Source: a phage
Reading direction: 5' to 3' (one strand)
DNA length: 51,285 bases
Sequence record: PZ445413.1
Positions 47,007 to 51,285 of this stretch are shown here, one piece after another (position 1 is the first letter of the stretch; each line of letters starts with the position of its first letter). Position numbers and translations under genes: made by a program. The notes beneath the pieces were generated by a model. It did not search any database, had not been told where the DNA came from, and was given only the letters and a program-made list of their open reading frames with translations.

Positions 47007-47096
47007 CATGCACGCACAACCACCATTTGATTTTCACAAGGCCATGATTATTGGCCTTACTATCCTAACTGTAATGTATGGCATAAGGGGTGTTTT

Positions 47097-47348
47097 ATGG
47101 TTCGCAATGCACTAAAACGACTGTTTAAACCGGAGTACCGCGTAATCATCGAAATGAGCGAAAACGGCGCGGTGTACATCCAACGCAAAAACATTTTCGG
47201 GCGTAAGTGGCACTATGTTAGCGACGTATTAGGCGCTATTGAGTTTGAATCGGTAATGAGCGCGTTTATGTTCATTGATGTTATGCACGAATACCGCGAG
47301 TATGAAGTAAGCATGTTTATCCGGTTTGATGGTGAGGAATTCGAATAA
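47097..47348 (+). CDS. hypothetical protein
   Basis: 83 aa; RBS aaggggtg. Confidence 0.45.
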   Translation: MVRNALKRLFKPEYRVIIEMSENGAVYIQRKNIFGRKWHYVSDVLGAIEFESVMSAFMFIDVMHEYREYEVSMFIRFDGEEFE

Positions 47349-47536
47349 TGTGGAATTGGAAAAAGCTGTTGTTAACGTTGGCTATCGCGTTGATTGGTAT
47401 CGTGATCATGGAGTCAGGTTTTACAAACCACTTAGGCGCGGCGGTGCTTGCCCTGGCCTACTCCATACCCGCTTACTATGACGGCAAAAAGGCCGGAGGG
47501 CGTGAAGTGTTCGAATTAATGAAGCGCCGAAAATAG
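47348..47536 (+). CDS. small membrane protein (62 aa)
   Basis: taATG overlap; two hydrophobic helices; stop TAG inside box. Confidence 0.45.
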   Translation: MWNWKKLLLTLAIALIGIVIMESGFTNHLGAAVLALAYSIPAYYDGKKAGGREVFELMKRRK

Positions 47537-47582
47537 CACGAATTGCTAAAACTAAATCAGGAGCATTTGTTATAGTGCTCCT
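47533..47582 (+). repeat. box cassette
   Basis: ATAGCACGAATTGCTAAAAC; hairpin aggagca-tttgtTATAG-tgctcct. Confidence 0.5.
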
Positions 47583-47618
47583 CGTTGAGTTAAGCAACCA
47601 ATCAGAGGAGAAATTAAA

Positions 47619-47897
47619 ATGGCAACCATTCGTAAGCACCTGGTAAACGCATTCGAAAACGTAGGCAAAGCGTATGGCTGGGATGATGGATTGAAAACGC
47701 CATACACGGCACGCCGCCAGGGGTTCAACTCTTTGAGAGAATGGGCGCGTTGCATGGCTGCAAACTATATGCCTGAAAATCATATTCTCATGCCGGATTC
47801 ACTGCTAGAAATGATCGAAGATGCACAGCGCGCAGGTATCCCGCTGACACAACACGATTTCGACGCATACGCAGAGGAGGAAGTAAACGCATGGTAA
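47619..47897 (+). CDS. hypothetical protein
   Basis: 92 aa; leader aaccaatcagaggag-N8-ATG. Confidence 0.45.
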   Translation: MATIRKHLVNAFENVGKAYGWDDGLKTPYTARRQGFNSLREWARCMAANYMPENHILMPDSLLEMIEDAQRAGIPLTQHDFDAYAEEEVNAW

Positions 47898-48103
47898 GCG
47901 ACAAGCCGGAAGCGGTTAAAATCCGCACTGATTATGACGGTTCGCCGTGGATTCAGGCCGGAAAGGTTTACGACGCAACGCTTGAGAAGTCGGGCAAGTT
48001 TGCAGGGTGTTACAAAGCTGTTGGGGAATTAGGTTCCCCATTTTACACAAGACTGAAAAGTTCAGTTCACTTAATTGGTAAAGATTGGGAGATTGTAGAA
48101 TGA
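47891..48103 (+). CDS. small protein, paralog-family member
   Basis: 70 aa; AVKIRTDYDGSPWIQAGKVYDAT motif. Confidence 0.4.
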   Translation: MVSDKPEAVKIRTDYDGSPWIQAGKVYDATLEKSGKFAGCYKAVGELGSPFYTRLKSSVHLIGKDWEIVE

Positions 48104-48714
48104 AATATGTAAAACCAACAACGGGCGGTTTCGGTTACACTGCTGGCAAACTATATCCGATCCTAATGACCTATGAGGGCGGTCAGATGGTGATAAGAAA
48201 TGACAAAGGTGTTACGCAAATTATTCGCGGCGACGGCAAGCCATCACTACGATTAGAGCGAGGCGGAAAGTTTGAGGTTGTGGATATTCCAGAACCTGGA
48301 GAGGCTCAAGAGTACGCAGTTGAAACAGCAAAAAAGACAAGCGAGGCTCTACGCGAGCACGTAAAAGTGATTGTGAAAGATTCTATTGTTAGCGCGGCGT
48401 TACCTGGCGGCGTGCTTCATAAGGCAGTAAACGAAAGCGATCACTTGCGCGCGGCGCGACAAATCGCCGTAAACGCAACAGAGCTTGCAAGCGAGGTTGC
48501 ATTAGGCCGATATGATGCAAGTCTCTATATGCGACTTGAAAAGGCAGAGCGTGAGGCGGCGCAGCACAAAGCGGATTGCATCAAAGCGGAGGCGATTGTT
48601 GATCAGCTTTATGACATATTCCCGCAGGTGCGCAATCCAGAGCAATTGGTTGCAGCGGTGCGCAGTTCGAAAATCTTTGCTGATGCGTTTTTGGAACTGC
48701 AAAAGGTTAAATAG
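48100..48714 (+). CDS. paralog-family N-terminal module fused to helical C-terminal domain
   Basis: ATG 48100 overlapping previous stop; MKYVKPTTGGFGYTAGKLYPIL; stop TAG inside box. Confidence 0.45.
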   Translation: MKYVKPTTGGFGYTAGKLYPILMTYEGGQMVIRNDKGVTQIIRGDGKPSLRLERGGKFEVVDIPEPGEAQEYAVETAKKTSEALREHVKVIVKDSIVSAALPGGVLHKAVNESDHLRAARQIAVNATELASEVALGRYDASLYMRLEKAEREAAQHKADCIKAEAIVDQLYDIFPQVRNPEQLVAAVRSSKIFADAFLELQKVK

Positions 48715-48760
48715 CACTTTTTGTTAAAACTTCCGCGAGGACATTTGTTAAAGTGTCCTC
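48711..48760 (+). repeat. box cassette
   Basis: ATAGCACTTTTTGTTAAAAC; hairpin gaggaca-tttgttaaag-tgtcctc. Confidence 0.5.
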
Positions 48761-48786
48761 ATTGAAGCGAAACAGAGGAAAACGCA

Positions 48787-48999
48787 ATGAAAATCAAAAT
48801 CACCAAAATCGACACTATCAACGGCGACGGCTCAATCACTCTTGAGCAATGCGGGTTGGTTATCGGGGATGTTCTGGAGGTTGACGGGCATTTCAGCGAC
48901 GGATCTTATTGTGTGATTGCGCCGCGTAACAGCGAGTTTATCAAAGCTGGCGACAATATCAGTGTTAACCATGATGAATGCGAGGTTGTAGAAAAATGA
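48787..48999 (+). CDS. small protein, paralog-family member
   Basis: 70 aa; MKIKITKIDTINGDGS motif. Confidence 0.4.
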   Translation: MKIKITKIDTINGDGSITLEQCGLVIGDVLEVDGHFSDGSYCVIAPRNSEFIKAGDNISVNHDECEVVEK

Positions 49000-49328
49000 T
49001 TCAGATTAACCTATCAGAAGAACAAGCGAAATCATTGTTGCGCGGCCTGGGCTGGCGAATGGGTAGCGGTAGCGAGGCGGTTGTAAACATCAAAGAGGAA
49101 GTAGCAAAAGAGCTTTTTGCACAGCTTGAGCATAAACTGATGCCAACCTCAACAAGCGCGGCGGAGTTGGCAGTGTGGCGGCATGAAAACGGCCTTAATG
49201 AAATGGATGTTGAGAAGTGGAAGCGTAAAAACTGTAAAGAGGTTGTAAGCGTTCCAATGGATGTTGTTAGAAAAAACCAACTTCCTTACTATCCGGCTTT
49301 TGAAGTTATCATGAATATAGGTGGTTAA
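48996..49328 (+). CDS. hypothetical protein
   Basis: ATGA overlap with previous stop; 110 aa. Confidence 0.4.
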   Translation: MIQINLSEEQAKSLLRGLGWRMGSGSEAVVNIKEEVAKELFAQLEHKLMPTSTSAAELAVWRHENGLNEMDVEKWKRKNCKEVVSVPMDVVRKNQLPYYPAFEVIMNIGG

Positions 49329-49329
49329 A

Positions 49330-49668
49330 ATGATTTACGTTCACACTTACGGGATCGGGAAGTTTGCCAGCAAGCAGATCCGAAACATTCACGACACGCA
49401 TGATGAAGCGGAAGCGCAACGGCGCGTTTTGGGTGGAGTGGTTCAGGCGTTTGAATCAGTGGAAAACTTAGAAAGCGAATGGATGGAGCGCGAGCACATA
49501 AAGGATCTGATTGTTGATGAGGTGTCATGCTTGATTGATGATCTCACAACTGATGCGCCAGGGTCGCCGAGAAACTATGAGCCAGGCTCAACGCAATGGG
49601 ATTGTTGGAAGGTCAAAACGCTAAGCAACATCCGTGATATTCTGGACGGAAAATTTAACGAAATTTGA
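49330..49668 (+). CDS. hypothetical protein
   Basis: RBS aggtgg 6 nt before ATG 49330; 112 aa. Confidence 0.4.
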   Translation: MIYVHTYGIGKFASKQIRNIHDTHDEAEAQRRVLGGVVQAFESVENLESEWMEREHIKDLIVDEVSCLIDDLTTDAPGSPRNYEPGSTQWDCWKVKTLSNIRDILDGKFNEI

Positions 49669-49727
49669 TAGTGTTTAAAGCGCTTCAAACGCATTCTAAG
49701 AGTCGCAAATTTTAAGAGGGCAATTAC

Positions 49728-49958
49728 ATGTTTGGATTATCAGAAGGGCACTGGAACGTAGTTAAACGCGCCGCTCGCGGTCTTAATGACGCAATCAGTG
49801 AACTACCTAAAGGCGACCGCAAGAATGAAAAGATTGTGATCGATATAATCACCAAACATCATGCGCCAATTGCGCCACTGATTGACCGTTACAAATTCGT
49901 TTGGACGGCTGGATATTTGGCGGGGCGTGTTGGTTCAAAAGTAGCCGATTACGAGTAA
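49728..49958 (+). CDS. hypothetical protein
   Basis: 76 aa ORF. Confidence 0.4.
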   Translation: MFGLSEGHWNVVKRAARGLNDAISELPKGDRKNEKIVIDIITKHHAPIAPLIDRYKFVWTAGYLAGRVGSKVADYE

Positions 49959-50128
49959 CAGCATTGACGCACCGCCGCTGATTGGTTAACATTGACGGCG
50001 TAAACAAAAGAGGCTCTATAGAGCAACGCGCAGCGCGATAGCTGCAAAACCCAAATCGGGCAGGGAGAGCGCAACGCGCCCCGATGCCAGCGGGAACCGT
50101 AACCCGCAACCATTCAGGAGAATCAACG

Positions 50129-50296
50129 ATGAATCGACACCAAACAGAAGAAATCAAAGTAACAATCACGGTTGAGCGTAACGGCGTAAAGACTCGCTAC
50201 AAAAAACGATTCAACAAAGGCGAGGCGATGTTAGGCCGGATCGGTGATTTCATGGTGAAGTTGCAAGAGGATAAGCCGGATGGTGTACAAGGTTAA
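50129..50296 (+). CDS. small hypothetical protein (55 aa)
   Basis: Leader aaccattcaggagaatcaacg-ATG. Confidence 0.4.
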   Translation: MNRHQTEEIKVTITVERNGVKTRYKKRFNKGEAMLGRIGDFMVKLQEDKPDGVQG

Positions 50297-50462
50297 ACTT
50301 ACTATCAGGCGCATGGGGCGAAATTGCAGATCATGCAAACAGGAATTTGAATGCGAGGTTGCAGCATTTGACGAACATCACGCCGTCAACCTTGCAAAGC
50401 GCTTATCAGGTGCAGATCCAGAAACGCACCAATTTTCAATCAACTATGTAAGAGGTATTTAA
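50280..50462 (+). CDS. small Cys-containing protein (CxxC...C.C)
   Basis: 60 aa; overlaps previous gene. Confidence 0.35.
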   Translation: MVYKVKLTIRRMGRNCRSCKQEFECEVAAFDEHHAVNLAKRLSGADPETHQFSINYVRGI

Positions 50463-50464
50463 TC

Positions 50465-50695
50465 ATGTTAATGTTTTCAATTGGTTTTCTCGTCGCCGTT
50501 ATCCTGATGATGTTTGCTGGCTCACTGGCTACAAAATACGCAGTTAAAAAAGGCTGGTACGCCTCCGCAATGTGGAGCGATAAAGACAAAGTTTGGAAAG
50601 TGCGCGGCTCATACCTGGCGATTTCCGGCAAGATTTTTACAGGCATTCAAACCGAAAAGCTAACAGGCGTTAAATCGGTCAAGTATATGGATTGA
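50465..50695 (+). CDS. small membrane protein
   Basis: 76 aa; N-terminal TM helix; followed by terminator. Confidence 0.45.
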   Translation: MLMFSIGFLVAVILMMFAGSLATKYAVKKGWYASAMWSDKDKVWKVRGSYLAISGKIFTGIQTEKLTGVKSVKYMD

Positions 50696-50700
50696 CAACA

Positions 50701-50739
50701 AACCCCGCATTTGCGGGGTTTTTTATTGCCTGTTATAAT
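50701..50739 (+). promoter_or_regulatory. terminator with embedded sigma70-like promoter upstream of terS
   Basis: hairpin aaccccgca/tgcggggtt plus T-run; -35 TTGCGG, 17-nt spacer, -10 TATAAT 50734-50739. Confidence 0.5.
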
Positions 50740-50767
50740 CGGACTCCAACAAAGGAGGGCAATTATT

Positions 50768-51283
50768 ATGGCTAAAAACATTGAGCCTGTTGTTAAGGCG
50801 CTTAATTTCAAAGAACTATACAACAAAAGATATGGCGACATTGCGAGACTGAATAACGCGCACACCCTAACGCCGGAGCAGATTTTTGATCTGGCGATCC
50901 GCTATTTCGAATGGGCGGAAAAGAATCACATTGAGGCGGCGGAAACTGCATCCTTTCAGGGTGATGTGTTCGAATCCAAGATCCATAAACCGCGAATCTT
51001 TACCCTTAACGGCTTGCGGCTGTTTTGCGGGTTTTCAGAGTCTGTAACTCTCAAGTGGCGCAAAGAGCCTGGATTCAGTGAGGTGATGGATTTCATCGAC
51101 ACCGTAATCAACGAGCAGAAATTCCAGCTTGCCGCAAACAACCTTGTTAACGCTGCATTCATCGCAAAAGATATCGGCGTTGATAAGCCAGCAAGCATTA
51201 ACGTTGAAGCAAACGCCAGCGTTGAAACTGTAACGGCTGATGAAGTAAAAGAGGCGGTGCGCGATATCTTAGAGGAAATCTAA
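50768..51283 (+). CDS. terS: terminase small subunit
   Basis: RBS aaaggaggg before ATG 50768; 171 aa; stop is 2 nt before the window end and terL starts at base 1. Confidence 0.6.
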   Translation: MAKNIEPVVKALNFKELYNKRYGDIARLNNAHTLTPEQIFDLAIRYFEWAEKNHIEAAETASFQGDVFESKIHKPRIFTLNGLRLFCGFSESVTLKWRKEPGFSEVMDFIDTVINEQKFQLAANNLVNAAFIAKDIGVDKPASINVEANASVETVTADEVKEAVRDILEEI

Positions 51284-51285
51284 TC

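Noticed and set aside
29192-48760. CRISPR-like array interpretation of the repeated 20-bp box
   Set aside because: Intervening sequences are 150-700 bp protein-coding genes of variable length, the repeats are on both strands, and there are no cas genes.
1-51285. Lysogeny module (integrase, CI-like repressor, att site)
   Set aside because: No tyrosine or serine recombinase-sized ORF and no repressor/operator arrangement was found. The HTH proteins present are small early proteins, so the phage is more likely virulent, but this cannot be proven from sequence.

Overview
The window looks like a complete ~51.3 kb genome of a virulent T1-like siphovirus (Drexlerviridae-type), circularly permuted so that terS ends at 51283 and terL starts at base 1. 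This assignment is inferred from gene content and order only; no database search was possible. Layout: 1-20330 (+) is a late structural operon (terminase, portal, scaffold, capsid, neck, major tail, frameshifted tail chaperones, tape measure, lambda M/L/K/I/J-like tail tip). 20357-20584 (-) is a Cor-like lipoprotein. 21088-23341 (+) is a recombination module (PD-(D/E)xK exonuclease, Erf, SSB). 23372-29178 (-) holds accessory genes, a side tail fibre with C-terminal intramolecular chaperone, primase and an HTH protein. 29268-35946 (+) holds an SF2 helicase, VRR-NUC nuclease, Dam N6-adenine methyltransferase, an HTH-metallophosphatase, and a holin / SAR-endolysin / unimolecular-spanin lysis cassette. 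35959-41857 (-) and 42576-50695 (+) are two divergent early regions packed with small genes. No integrase, tRNA or CRISPR array was seen. The most unusual signal is a conserved ~20 bp box (ATAGCAC-N4-TTGTTAAAAC) present about 20 times, co-oriented with transcription on both strands, usually carrying the upstream gene's TAG stop and followed by a hairpin and a -10-like hexamer. Other leads are a paralogous family of small early proteins, a glycine-rich, cysteine-capped protein downstream of the side fibre, a divergent C5-methyltransferase-like gene alongside Dam, and an exact 26 bp AT-rich repeat in the two divergent control regions. Coordinates of hand-located motifs may be off by 1-2 bp.
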